DNA of 64,000 nucleotides, taken from the NCBI GenBank assembly GCA_018819405.1, contig JAHJQF010000001.1:513377-577376 (forward strand), in the 5' to 3' direction. Each line of letters begins with the position of its first letter. Position 1 is the stretch's first letter. This DNA comes from Patescibacteria group bacterium (lineage in GTDB: Bacteria > Patescibacteriota > Patescibacteriia > UBA1558 > GWA2-36-10). The notes under the pieces are model-generated. The model made no database searches and was not told the DNA's origin. It was given only the letters and a program-made list of their open reading frames with translations. Shown piece by piece: positions 30,086 to 39,445 of this stretch. The translations under genes were made by a program, and so were the position numbers.

Positions 30086-31312
30086 ATGTTATTTTCTGAT
30101 TTAAGCCAAGAAACATATTTTTCCCTTTCGTCAAACAAATCAAGATCAATTTTGACTATCTTAGGTATTGTTATAGGCATTGGTTCTGTTATTACTATGA
30201 TTTCTATCGGTCAGGGTGCGGCAAAAAATATTGAAGCCAATATTCAGTCGCTAGGCTCAAATCTTTTAATTGTCATGCCCGGATCGCAGCGTTCAGTTGG
30301 TCAAGTCGCCAGAGGTGGATCTGGTTCAGCTACTACTTTGGTTTTGGATGATTCTACAGCAATTGCTGAAGCTATCAGTTCGGCTGATGCTATCGCTCCG
30401 ACAGTTACTTCAAGAAAACAGATCAAGACCACGACTGGTACAAATACCAATACTAGTATTTATGGGGTGACAGAAAGTTATGGCACTATAAAGAGTATTA
30501 GCATGGAGTCTGGTAATTTTATCAATGATAATTATGATAAAAAATTATCAAAGGTAGCTGTTTTGGGTCCGACTACTAGAGATGATTTATTTGGTGAGAA
30601 TGTAGACCCAACAGGACAAAAAATCAGAATTGATAATACAGAATTTACTATTATTGGTGTGACTGAATCAAAAGGAGGTAGTGGTTTTACCAATGCGGAC
30701 GATATTATTTATGTGCCACTCTCCACTGCTATGAAATATATCACTGGTAGCGAATCACTAAGTAATATAAATATTCAGATAACGGAGAGTGATTTAATGA
30801 CCTCAGCCCAAGAACAAGTTAATAGTTTATTACTTGCTAGACACAATATTGTTGATCCAACAGCGGCTGATTTTAGTATAGTTAATCAGGCGGATATTAT
30901 AGATACTGCTACTTCGGTGACAGATACTATGACTTTGCTTTTGGGGGCTATAGCTGGTATTTCTCTTTTAGTGGGTGGTATTGGTATTATGAATATGATG
31001 CTTACTACTGTCACGGAAAGAACCAGAGAAATAGGGCTTAGGAAATCTTTGGGTGCGAAAAATAATGATGTTAGTATTCAATTTTTAGCTGAATCCGTTG
31101 CTCTTACTTTTATTGGGGGTGTTATAGGAATTTTTATAGGTTGGCTGGCTTCAATTATAGTTACCAAGTTGAGCGGTACTACTACAGCAGTTACTTTATT
31201 CTCAGTACTTTTGGCTTTTGGTGTGTCAGCTTTTATTGGCATTGTTTTTGGCTATTATCCGGCTAGACGAGCTGCTAAATTAAATCCTATAGAAGCTTTG
31301 CGTTATGAATAA
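30086..31312 (+). CDS. ABC transporter permease, FtsX/MacB family
   Basis: 408 aa. An N-terminal TM helix, a large periplasmic domain and three C-terminal TM helices give the FtsX-like topology. Confidence 0.8.
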   Translation: MLFSDLSQETYFSLSSNKSRSILTILGIVIGIGSVITMISIGQGAAKNIEANIQSLGSNLLIVMPGSQRSVGQVARGGSGSATTLVLDDSTAIAEAISSADAIAPTVTSRKQIKTTTGTNTNTSIYGVTESYGTIKSISMESGNFINDNYDKKLSKVAVLGPTTRDDLFGENVDPTGQKIRIDNTEFTIIGVTESKGGSGFTNADDIIYVPLSTAMKYITGSESLSNINIQITESDLMTSAQEQVNSLLLARHNIVDPTAADFSIVNQADIIDTATSVTDTMTLLLGAIAGISLLVGGIGIMNMMLTTVTERTREIGLRKSLGAKNNDVSIQFLAESVALTFIGGVIGIFIGWLASIIVTKLSGTTTAVTLFSVLLAFGVSAFIGIVFGYYPARRAAKLNPIEALRYE

Positions 31313-31327
31313 TTTATTTTAAAAAAT

Positions 31328-31963
31328 ATGAAGAAAAATCATTTTATTTACATTTTTATTTTATTAGGTTTATTTTTTCTTTCTGGTTGTTCAAAAAATA
31401 AAATAAATAATTCTGAGACAAATACCAACATTCAACCAGATAATAGCTGGCAGGAAAATTTTGATGAGGTATCAGTTGGCGAATTTGTTTTGGGTGAGCG
31501 AGTAAGTGTTATGGGGGAGGAAAATTCAGAGGGAAGTATTGTAGCAACTAGTATTATTTTAATACCCAATGGACAGGAATTTCAAAATTTTGACCCGCCT
31601 GATATGGTAAACAATGTGCCTGATCAAAATAAAGAAAACTTTCCTACTAACAACATTAATAATACTGACCAGCCAAATTTTGATAGGGCAAGTCGTCCAG
31701 ATTTTCAAAATATGAGCGAAGAGGAGAGGCAAGCTAGGAGAGAACAGCTTATGGATAGTGGTGCTACTGCTGGCAATGTTAATCGAGCAGGACTTGGTGG
31801 CAACGCTCGTATCAATGGTGAGATATTGTCAATTAATGATAGCGGATTGACTATCAAATTAGCTGATGGTGGATCAAAATTGGTATTTTTTTCTAGTGAT
31901 ACTAAATTTCTAGCACCAAAAGCAATAAGTGATATAGAATCTCAAGAAGTGACAGAAGAATAA
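31328..31963 (+). CDS. lipoprotein (hypothetical), N-rich
   Basis: Lipobox FFLSGC after a signal peptide. Low-complexity N/Q-rich linker. Confidence 0.5.
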   Translation: MKKNHFIYIFILLGLFFLSGCSKNKINNSETNTNIQPDNSWQENFDEVSVGEFVLGERVSVMGEENSEGSIVATSIILIPNGQEFQNFDPPDMVNNVPDQNKENFPTNNINNTDQPNFDRASRPDFQNMSEEERQARREQLMDSGATAGNVNRAGLGGNARINGEILSINDSGLTIKLADGGSKLVFFSSDTKFLAPKAISDIESQEVTEE

Positions 31964-31965
31964 AA

Positions 31966-32012
31966 AAAATTAGACCCCGCACAGTTTGCCTATGCGGGGT
32001 CGATCTTTTTGG
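31966..32012. terminator. bidirectional terminator
   Basis: gaccccgca...tgcggggtc followed by gatcttttt. Confidence 0.75.
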
Positions 32013-32175
32013 CGGCAGCCGAATGTACATGGCTGCCTTCGTTTTTATGGACCTTGGTGATACGGAATTTTCCAAGCCTTTCTACTTTGATTTCCTGGCC
32101 GACTGACAGGTCAGTTTCAGAATCGTATCTGAAAGTAGACACTGGCGAGCCGTAGAAGATTACCCAAATATGCAT
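31990..32175 (-). CDS. small hypothetical protein (61 aa), GC-rich with a strong ribosome-binding site
   Basis: The internal ATG at 32175 is preceded by CAAGGAGG. About 47% GC. A hairpin with a T-run (aacacta...tagtgtt) lies just upstream. The track ORF starts at 32211, but the ribosome-binding site supports 32175. Confidence 0.4.
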   Translation of the reverse strand: MHIWVIFYGSPVSTFRYDSETDLSVGQEIKVERLGKFRITKVHKNEGSHVHSAAAKKIDPA

Positions 32176-32251
32176 GGAGAGCCTCCTTGCTCGAGGAAAA
32201 GAAAAAAACACTAGAACGAAAGAGTATAGTGTTTTTATTGTTTTTTGTCAA

Positions 32252-33088
32252 CTAGTTGGTGATTTTGGCTACTCGGAAGTGGCCAGCCAGATCTTTGATA
32301 AATTTGATTTTTACAAGAGGCATGTTTTCACTTATGATTTCTTCTATAGCCTTTTTTTGTTGGGGATCTATTTCTATAAGCACTAGATATTTTTTGGCTA
32401 AGTAGGTATTTATTTGGCCAAACATTTTTCGGTAATGATCTAATCCATCTTTGCCTGACAAGAGAGCTATTTTTGGTTCTTTTTTTATAGATTTTTCTTT
32501 GAGTTGTTCTGGTGTCAGATAAGGGAGATTGGCTATTATAATATCAAATTTTTGAGCTTTTATATTTTTGAGTAAATTGGATTTTAGGAATTTGATTTTT
32601 TTACTTAAACCAAGTTTGCGCGCATTGGTTCTGGCAGTTTTAAGAGCTTTATCAGATATATCAACAGCTGTATAAGAGGAGGTTTTTGGATTATTTTTGG
32701 CTATGGACAAAATCAGACAGCCACTACCTGTGCCAATATCTAGTATACTATTTTCTTTTTTTATATTTTTTAGCGCTTCTTCAACTATCAATTCACTTTC
32801 AGGGCGGGGGACAAGAGTATTTTTGGAGACCAAAAATTTGAGCCCATAAAATTCTCTGTAGCCTTTTAGATAAGCTAGTGACCAATTATCTTGTCTTTTT
32901 TTGATTAATTTATAAAAAGCTCTGACAGCCGCGGGGCCTATTTTTTTATCAGGATTTTTGTAGATATATTCTTTGGATTTTTTTAGAGACAAAGCTAAAA
33001 GATCATCAAGTTCAGCTGGCTCAAGTTGGCCAGCTGATTTTTGCAGTATTTCTTTTATTGTTTTTTTTGATCTTTGGCTGCTTGCCAT
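32252..33088 (-). CDS. prmC: release factor glutamine methyltransferase
   Basis: SAM motif DIGTGSGCL and the NLPY substrate motif. Downstream of prfA. Confidence 0.8.
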   Translation of the reverse strand: MASSQRSKKTIKEILQKSAGQLEPAELDDLLALSLKKSKEYIYKNPDKKIGPAAVRAFYKLIKKRQDNWSLAYLKGYREFYGLKFLVSKNTLVPRPESELIVEEALKNIKKENSILDIGTGSGCLILSIAKNNPKTSSYTAVDISDKALKTARTNARKLGLSKKIKFLKSNLLKNIKAQKFDIIIANLPYLTPEQLKEKSIKKEPKIALLSGKDGLDHYRKMFGQINTYLAKKYLVLIEIDPQQKKAIEEIISENMPLVKIKFIKDLAGHFRVAKITN

Positions 33089-34113
33089 AGTGGTTGTATA
33101 ATTTGCATTAAGTCACCATTTAAGATGCTATCCATATTATGCAGTGTCAGTTTGATGCGGTGGTCAGTCACTCTGTCTTGAGGATAATTGTAAGTACGAA
33201 TTTTTTCACTGCGGTCTCCTGTGCCAATCTGACTTTTTCTTTGGGCGGCATCTTTGGCCAGTTTTTCTTCTTCTAGTTTGGCTAGAATACGTGAGCGGAG
33301 GATTGACATGGCTTTTTCTTTGTTTTGTCCTTGAGATTTTTCGTCTTGGCAGGATACTACAGTATTGGTTGGTAGGTGAGTGATACGTACAGCTGAGTAG
33401 GTAGTATTGACCGATTGTCCACCAGCCCCAGATGAACAGAAAGTATCAATCCTGATATCTTTAGCTTCAATTTTTAAATCAATTTCTTCAGCCTCCGGCA
33501 TGACCGCTACGGTAGCGGCGCTGGTGTGGACACGTCCGGCTTTTTCTGTTTCTGGTACACGTTGCACGCGGTGGACACCACTTTCGTATTTGAAATGTTT
33601 GTAGACATTAGTACCGCTTACTTCAGCAATTATTTCTTTGAAGCCCCCAATCTCAGTACGATTTGATGACAAAGTTTTTATTTTAAAATCCATATTTTCA
33701 CAAAAGCGTGAGTACATGCGAAATAAATTGGCGGCAAAAAGGGCTGATTCATCACCACCGGTGCCAGCTCTGATTTCCAAGATTATATTTTTTTTGTCAT
33801 TTGGATCATCTGGATTTATTATTTCGTCCAATTTTTCTTCGTCATCTTGTATTTTTTTCTCCAAGGCATTTATTTCTTCTTGAGTCAGAGCAATCATTTC
33901 TTCGTCGCTTTCTGATTGTAGAGACAAGTGTAGACTCTCCAAATCATGTCTAGTTTTTTCTAGACTTTGAGCAAGAGACAGAGTTTCTTTGGCTTCGTAA
34001 TATTTTTTGCCAAGTTGTGACATTTTTTGGTTATCAGAAACAATCTCAGGTTTTTGCATTTGAGATTCTAGTTCGCTTATTTTTTCCTCAATTTGTTTTA
34101 TATCTATGGTCAT
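33055..34113 (-). CDS. prfA: peptide chain release factor 1
   Basis: GGQ motif ([10 protein letters not shown]) and the P-E-T tripeptide at the PxT position (RF1-type). Confidence 0.9.
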   Translation of the reverse strand: MTIDIKQIEEKISELESQMQKPEIVSDNQKMSQLGKKYYEAKETLSLAQSLEKTRHDLESLHLSLQSESDEEMIALTQEEINALEKKIQDDEEKLDEIINPDDPNDKKNIILEIRAGTGGDESALFAANLFRMYSRFCENMDFKIKTLSSNRTEIGGFKEIIAEVSGTNVYKHFKYESGVHRVQRVPETEKAGRVHTSAATVAVMPEAEEIDLKIEAKDIRIDTFCSSGAGGQSVNTTYSAVRITHLPTNTVVSCQDEKSQGQNKEKAMSILRSRILAKLEEEKLAKDAAQRKSQIGTGDRSEKIRTYNYPQDRVTDHRIKLTLHNMDSILNGDLMQIIQPLWQAAKDQKKQ

Positions 34114-34210
34114 ATATTTTTGTTCCTGATTCAGGATGTTTTTGTCGCTTTTATTATAACAAAAAAGCCCCTATAAATCTAAGAGAGCTTTTTTGTAAAA
34201 GTTTGTGTAG

Positions 34211-34570
34211 TTATTTGTTGACTTTTTTGGCAGCTGGTTTCTTTTTGCTGGAAGCTTCAGTATTGGCTTTGATTTCAGCTTTTACTTTTTCTTTTTCTTT
34301 TTCCAATTTTCTTTCAGCTGCTTTGGCTTTTTTGATAGCCTTGCCTTTTCTAGTTTTAGCTGCTTTGACTTGCTGTTCTTTGATTTTTTTGAATCTATCA
34401 ACACGTCCGGCAGTATCTACCAGTTTTTCTTTTCCAGTATAAAAAGGATGACAGTGAGAGCAGATTTCTACGTGTATTTCTTTGACAGTAGAGCCAATAG
34501 TAAATACATGTCCGCAAGCACAGCTGACTTTTGCATCTGGATAATAAGTTGGGTGAATATCTTTTTTCAT
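34211..34570 (-). CDS. rpmE: 50S ribosomal protein L31 with a Lys/Ala-rich C-terminal extension
   Basis: [10 protein letters not shown]...CACGH...[10 protein letters not shown] is canonical bL31. About 55 extra K/A-rich residues at the C-terminus. Confidence 0.8.
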   Translation of the reverse strand: MKKDIHPTYYPDAKVSCACGHVFTIGSTVKEIHVEICSHCHPFYTGKEKLVDTAGRVDRFKKIKEQQVKAAKTRKGKAIKKAKAAERKLEKEKEKVKAEIKANTEASSKKKPAAKKVNK

Positions 34571-34649
34571 AGTATTTTTAAAATTTGATACTACAACACA
34601 ATAGCAGAAAGTCCATAAAAAGTCAACCTGTCTGCTGGTAAGCTGGGGG

Positions 34650-34693
34650 TATGAAAAAAAAGAGCCCCCGCCGCGCTTGGCGCGGCGGGGGCT
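34650..34693 (-). terminator. GC-rich rho-independent terminator of the GC-rich operon
   Basis: gcccccgccgcg cttgg cgcggcgggggc. The minus strand continues tcttttttttc. Confidence 0.75.
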
Positions 34694-34708
34694 GGTAAGG
34701 TATGGTCA

Positions 34709-34981
34709 TCAAATCCTCTTGAGAACGAGGTTTTTGATGTCCACCTCAAAGGGGCGGGGGACCAGGGGAACGGCCACCCGCACCATCAGGTCAAAGCCGA
34801 CTACGCAGTTGCTATTCGCTTCGTCGATGATGATGTGCGTGACGGTGGGTACGCTGAGCATGGTGCCTTGGGTACCGACCGGGATCTTGATGTCACCATC
34901 GTTGCCGGGGACAGTATAGTCCTCGACAAAAGTGATCTTCTGTCGCCAGAAGCTGCCGTCAACGGGGATTCTTTTTTCCAA
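34709..34981 (-). CDS. hypothetical 90-aa protein (GC-rich operon, gene 3)
   Basis: TTG start with AAGGAGG 7 nt upstream. About 55% GC. No recognized family. Confidence 0.45.
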   Translation of the reverse strand: MEKRIPVDGSFWRQKITFVEDYTVPGNDGDIKIPVGTQGTMLSVPTVTHIIIDEANSNCVVGFDLMVRVAVPLVPRPFEVDIKNLVLKRI

Positions 34982-34996
34982 GTCTTTCCTCCTTGA

Positions 34997-35182
34997 TTAG
35001 TTGTTCTGGACGCGGATCTTGGTGGCGGGGTTTTGGTCGGCCTTCGAGGTCTGGAGTTGGATATGACGGCACTTGGTGTCGCCGTCTTCGGCGTGGGACT
35101 GGTGCACTTTGCACCACTGTCCTTGAATCAGGCAGGGTTTGGCTTTCAGTGAAGGACTAAAAGCCTGGCAGCTTTGGCACAT
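34997..35182 (-). CDS. Cys-rich 61-aa protein (GC-rich operon, gene 2)
   Basis: MCQSCQAF...C...C...C carries five Cys residues (CxxC plus three more). Abuts gene 1. Confidence 0.4.
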   Translation of the reverse strand: MCQSCQAFSPSLKAKPCLIQGQWCKVHQSHAEDGDTKCRHIQLQTSKADQNPATKIRVQNN

Positions 35183-35183
35183 C

Positions 35184-35645
35184 TCAATCTCCTTGTTCGG
35201 TGTAGTAGTGTTCGGTCGGGTAGTCTGGTAGGGATAACCCTAAAAACATGACTAAACTCATCAGCCCCATGAGAAAAGCGGATAGTACACAGACCCGAGG
35301 CACGGCCAACGAAGATGAATTGACAAAAAGCCAACTGACCCAAGTGACCCCGATGGATACTTTTAGCAGTACAAAGCCATCATTTTGCTGGCCAATAGTG
35401 GCTACGATCAACATTATGCCGGCCAGACTGGGCAGAATAGACAACCAATTGTAGTCTAGGAGCATCAGCGGACCACTGATGCCCAAAAGCACCATGGCCA
35501 GTACTTCGCGCCAGTTGGTCAGCGGACGGGCAAAGGTTAGCCCGACGATGGTCAGGCCCAAGCCGACCACGACAGGCTGGCTGTTGAATAAGGCTATAGC
35601 CAGCATGGTAAAAGCCGACAGGATGGTCAGTAGAACGGATTTCAT
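35184..35645 (-). CDS. integral membrane protein, 4-5 TM (GC-rich operon, gene 1)
   Basis: 153 aa, highly hydrophobic, GC-rich. GGAG-like ribosome-binding site upstream of the ATG at 35645. Confidence 0.5.
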   Translation of the reverse strand: MKSVLLTILSAFTMLAIALFNSQPVVVGLGLTIVGLTFARPLTNWREVLAMVLLGISGPLMLLDYNWLSILPSLAGIMLIVATIGQQNDGFVLLKVSIGVTWVSWLFVNSSSLAVPRVCVLSAFLMGLMSLVMFLGLSLPDYPTEHYYTEQGD

Positions 35646-35870
35646 GGTTTGTCTCCTTGAGTCAGGGTTTTAGCAGATGCGGAGGGTACAGAAGGTGTTG
35701 ATGTCTTCCGGAAAAGTAACCTATGTTTTTACCCCTTATCTTATGCGGATGTAAAATAACTTTAACTAGTATATATAAACTAATTTTGTCTTTTTTGTCA
35801 ATGATGTATTTAGGCCTTGCTTTTTTTGAATTTTTATGTTAAATTAATGTCTGTTTAATTTTAATTCACC

Positions 35871-35930
35871 CCGTTAAATCCCCAACGGGCTAATCCGCTA
35901 GGCGGATTATTTAACGGGGTCAACAAGTAT
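35871..35930. repeat. CCCCGTTAAAT / ATTTAACGGGG palindrome with an inner TAATCCGC/GCGGATTA hairpin
   Basis: Upstream of rpsB. Same TIR type as 17055 and 46736. Confidence 0.6.
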
Positions 35931-36028
35931 TTTGCCTGTGATTTTGGCATCCTTCCCCATTTTGGGGCGCTAAAATCAGTAAAATACGGGTAAAGCCCGC
36001 TTTTGGCGAGGCTAGAAAGGAAAGAAAT

Positions 36029-36709
36029 ATGAGTTTACCAACACTAGAAGAACTTTTGAAGAGTGGTGTCCATTTTGGTCATCAGACTTCCAAAAGATAT
36101 CCAAAAGCGGCTTCTTATATCCACAGCCAGCGTGGCGGAGTACATATCATTGATTTGCAAAAAACCGTAGAAGGTCTGCAAAAAGCTATTGATTTTGTGA
36201 CCAAGCTGACCAAAGGAGGAGGCCTTATTTTATTTGTCGGCTCCAAAAAACAAGCCAAGGCAATTGTAAAAGAACAGGCCATTGGTTGTGGTATGCCATA
36301 CATTATTGGTCGCTGGTTGGGTGGGACTTTTACCAATTTTGAAAATATCGTCAAACTTACCAAAAAATTGGAAAAAATGGAGCGCGAAGAAGAAGATGGT
36401 ACTTGGGATCTTTATACTAAAAAAGAACAAGTAGTTTTCAAAAAAGAAATGGAAAAGCTTCAGGAGAATGTCGGTGGTATCAAACAAATGAAAAATTTGC
36501 CAAAAGCAATCTTTGTAGTTGATATCAAAAAAGAAAAAACCGCTATTGCCGAAGCCAATAAGATGAAAATTCCGGTCATTGCTATGGTTGATACTAATGT
36601 CAATCCAGAACTGGTTGATTATCCAATACCGGCCAATGACGACGCACTCAAATCAATTGAAATTATTACTAGCCTCTTGGCTGATGCTGTCAAAAAAGCT
36701 AGAGTTTAA
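36029..36709 (+). CDS. rpsB: 30S ribosomal protein S2
   Basis: LLKSGVHFGHQT...IHIIDL is canonical uS2. Confidence 0.95.
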   Translation: MSLPTLEELLKSGVHFGHQTSKRYPKAASYIHSQRGGVHIIDLQKTVEGLQKAIDFVTKLTKGGGLILFVGSKKQAKAIVKEQAIGCGMPYIIGRWLGGTFTNFENIVKLTKKLEKMEREEEDGTWDLYTKKEQVVFKKEMEKLQENVGGIKQMKNLPKAIFVVDIKKEKTAIAEANKMKIPVIAMVDTNVNPELVDYPIPANDDALKSIEIITSLLADAVKKARV

Positions 36710-36782
36710 TGAGATTTTGTAAAATGCTATCAAGTGTAGTAAAAGATTTTACACTTTTTAACTTTTAATTTGAAACAAAACT

Positions 36783-37556
36783 ATGTCACTTGAACTTATC
36801 AAAGAAGTAAGACAAATCACTGGCGCTGGCATGAGCGACGTCAAAGTTGCTTTGGACGAAGCAGGCGGTGATAGAGAAAAGGCTATTGAAATCCTTAGAA
36901 AAAAAGGACAGAAGATTGCTGCCAAAAAATCTGATAGAGAAATCAAAGAAGGTGTAATTGCTATTTCTTCTGGTGACAAAAAAGTGGCTTTGGTAGGACT
37001 AGGTTGTGAAACAGATTTTGTAGCCAAAAATGAAGATTTTCAAAACGCTGTATCTGAATTGTCAGCCAAGCTATTAGAAATGGGAAAAGATAATTTTTCA
37101 GATTGGGCTACCAAATATATTCAAGATGAATTGATTGTAAAAATTGGTGAGAATCTGCAATTGGTATTTTCAGAAATTTTTGAAGGCAATACCATTGGTA
37201 CCTATCTTCATTCCAATAAAAAAGTAGCTTCGGTTGTAGTCTTGTCCAGTGGCCAAGAAGAAATTGCCAAAGAAATTGCTATGCATACTGCCGCCCTTGC
37301 TCCAAAATATCTAAAGCCGGAAGAAGTCCCATCTGATGTCTTGGACAAAGAAAAAGAAGTTTATGCTGAGCAGCTCAAAAATGAAGGCAAGCCGGCTGAT
37401 ATGATAGCCAAAATTAGTCTTGGAAAAGTAAACAAGTTTTATAGTGAGGTATGTTTGCTCAAACAGCCTTATGTAAAAGATGATAAAAAATCTATAGAGC
37501 AGTTTGCTCAAGACAATAATGCAGTGATAGAAAAGTTTGGGTATTTTTCATTATAA
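36783..37556 (+). CDS. tsf: elongation factor Ts
   Basis: LIKEVRQITGAGMSDVKVALDEAGGDREKAIEILRKKG is the UBA-like N-domain of EF-Ts. Confidence 0.9.
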   Translation: MSLELIKEVRQITGAGMSDVKVALDEAGGDREKAIEILRKKGQKIAAKKSDREIKEGVIAISSGDKKVALVGLGCETDFVAKNEDFQNAVSELSAKLLEMGKDNFSDWATKYIQDELIVKIGENLQLVFSEIFEGNTIGTYLHSNKKVASVVVLSSGQEEIAKEIAMHTAALAPKYLKPEEVPSDVLDKEKEVYAEQLKNEGKPADMIAKISLGKVNKFYSEVCLLKQPYVKDDKKSIEQFAQDNNAVIEKFGYFSL

Positions 37557-37564
37557 TAAACCAT

Positions 37565-37593
37565 AAAGCCCCGCAATAAAGCGGGGTTTTTTG
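37565..37593 (+). terminator. rho-independent terminator
   Basis: gccccgc aataaa gcgggg followed by tttttt. Confidence 0.8.
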
Positions 37594-37657
37594 ATACTTG
37601 CTATTATCCAATCAATTTGCCATAATAATATTAAATAAAAATATAAGTATTATTTGT

Positions 37658-38362
37658 ATGAAAAAAAGAATAGTTATCAAAACATCAGGCGAGACTATGG
37701 GCAATGCCCGTTCTGAATCAAATTTGGATTTTAAAGAAATAAAAAGTCTAGCCCAATCTCTGAAAAAACTAGTCAATCTTGGCTATCAAGTGTCTGTCGT
37801 AGCTGGCGGTGGCAATATTTTTCGTGGCCGGATGATCAAAGGAGCGGAAATTGACAAAACTACAGCTGATCATATGGGCATGATGGCCACTCATATCAAT
37901 GCTTTGGCGCTGGAATCAATGCTTAATAGTATTGGTCAAAAATCAGTAGTGATGTCTCCTTTTTATGTGCCAAAAATTGTCAGGCCTATAAATTACCAAA
38001 AAGCGATTGAACATTTAGAAAAAAAGACAGTGGTTATTTTTGCGGGCGGTACTGGTAATCCTTATTTTACTACGGATACCAATATGATACTGCGTGCTTT
38101 GGAAATACAAGCGGAAGTTGTGTATAAGGCCACCAATGTCTTGGGAGTTTATGACAAAAACCCTCTTAAGTACAAAAATGCAAAATTGTACAGAACCTTG
38201 ACTTATGATGAAGCTCTCAAAAAAAGTTTAGAGGTGATGGATCAGACTGCTTTTGCTTTGGCTCGTGACAACCAGGTCAAAATTACGGTATTCAAATACA
38301 GTCCACAAAATTTGATCAAGGCAGTCACTAAAAATAATATTGGTACAAAAATTAGTAATTAA
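37658..38362 (+). CDS. pyrH: UMP kinase
   Basis: KRIVIKTSGE...VAGGGNIFRG. Start at the internal ATG 37658. Confidence 0.9.
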   Translation: MKKRIVIKTSGETMGNARSESNLDFKEIKSLAQSLKKLVNLGYQVSVVAGGGNIFRGRMIKGAEIDKTTADHMGMMATHINALALESMLNSIGQKSVVMSPFYVPKIVRPINYQKAIEHLEKKTVVIFAGGTGNPYFTTDTNMILRALEIQAEVVYKATNVLGVYDKNPLKYKNAKLYRTLTYDEALKKSLEVMDQTAFALARDNQVKITVFKYSPQNLIKAVTKNNIGTKISN

Positions 38363-38369
38363 AAACGGG

Positions 38370-39254
38370 GTGAAAGTAGTCAAAATACAATTTCATAGAT
38401 TAGACAAAGAATATTTTTTTCTGCCTGAATTTAGCGATGACAGTTCCGATATACAGGTAGGGGATTTTGTAGTAGTAGATACTAGTCTTGGTCAAGATAT
38501 AGGTCAGATTACCGGTTGGGATGAATTTGAATCAAGAGCCAAGGATAATAGTGAAGATAATTCCAAAAATACTCCTCAGCTTGTCCAAAATAGCATATCA
38601 GATGTCAAACAAATGACCAGAAAAGCTACGGAAAAAGATCTGCAAGATTGGGAAAATATAAAAGATTTATATCATAAATATTTGACAGAGTGCCGTGAAC
38701 TTTGTCGCAAGCTTGGACTCAAAGAAATGAAGCTCATAGATGCAGCCGAGTCTTTTGATAGAAAAAGATTGACTTTTTATTTTGTGTCTGATTCCAGAGT
38801 TGATTTTCGTGATTTGGTCAAAGAGCTGGTTAGGATTTATCATAAAAAGATTAGGTTACAGCAAGTTGGAGTGCGTGATGCCACCAAAATCTGTGGAGGT
38901 TTTGGGCCTTGTGGTCTGCCTTTGTGTTGCAGCTTGTGGCTAGAAGATGTCGGCAATGTATCTCCGGATTTTATAAAAGATCAGGAGCTTAGTCATCGTG
39001 GGGCTGACCGTCTGACTGGTCCTTGTGGCCGACTCAAATGTTGCTTGCGTTTTGAAGAAGAGGCTTATAAATACAATTTGGAAAAAATGCCAAAGGAAGG
39101 GGACATTATTAAAACTGGTGCTGGGAGAGGCAGAGTAGTATCTGTCCATCCTATGAAGCATACCGTGGAGTTGGAGATTGATGGGGCTCGTGTGGAGTAT
39201 CCTTACCTAGAAGGTAAGTTATGTGAAAAGAGTTGTTCTGAATCAGAAAGGTAA
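38370..39254 (+). CDS. PSP1 C-terminal domain protein (RicT/YaaT-like)
   Basis: The Cys-rich GGFGPCGLPLCCSLW...GPCGRLKCCLRFE is typical of the PSP1 domain. GTG start inside AACGGGGTG, 8 nt after the pyrH stop. It occupies the slot where frr usually sits. Confidence 0.65.
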   Translation: MKVVKIQFHRLDKEYFFLPEFSDDSSDIQVGDFVVVDTSLGQDIGQITGWDEFESRAKDNSEDNSKNTPQLVQNSISDVKQMTRKATEKDLQDWENIKDLYHKYLTECRELCRKLGLKEMKLIDAAESFDRKRLTFYFVSDSRVDFRDLVKELVRIYHKKIRLQQVGVRDATKICGGFGPCGLPLCCSLWLEDVGNVSPDFIKDQELSHRGADRLTGPCGRLKCCLRFEEEAYKYNLEKMPKEGDIIKTGAGRGRVVSVHPMKHTVELEIDGARVEYPYLEGKLCEKSCSESER

Positions 39255-39277
39255 TTTTTATTTTTAGATATAAAAGG

Positions 39278-39304
39278 TCGTTAGTCAAATAATGACTTTT
39301 TTGT
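39278..39304 (+). terminator. weak hairpin terminator
   Basis: agtca aataa tgact followed by tttttt. Confidence 0.4.
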
Positions 39305-39445
39305 TATAATATAAGCAAGTTGAAAGTTTCAAGCTGAAAGTTATAAAGTAGTTTAGTTAATTAGTTTTCCTATTAATATTTAATTATTCTAAAAACTTTT
39401 TATTAATTTGAACTTTTGATTTTTTAACTTTTTAAACTAATTTAT

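Noticed and set aside
34017-34588. Plus-strand ORFs (141 and 72 aa) overlapping prfA and rpmE
   Set aside because: Antisense to conserved ribosomal and release-factor genes. Hydrophobic low-complexity artefacts.
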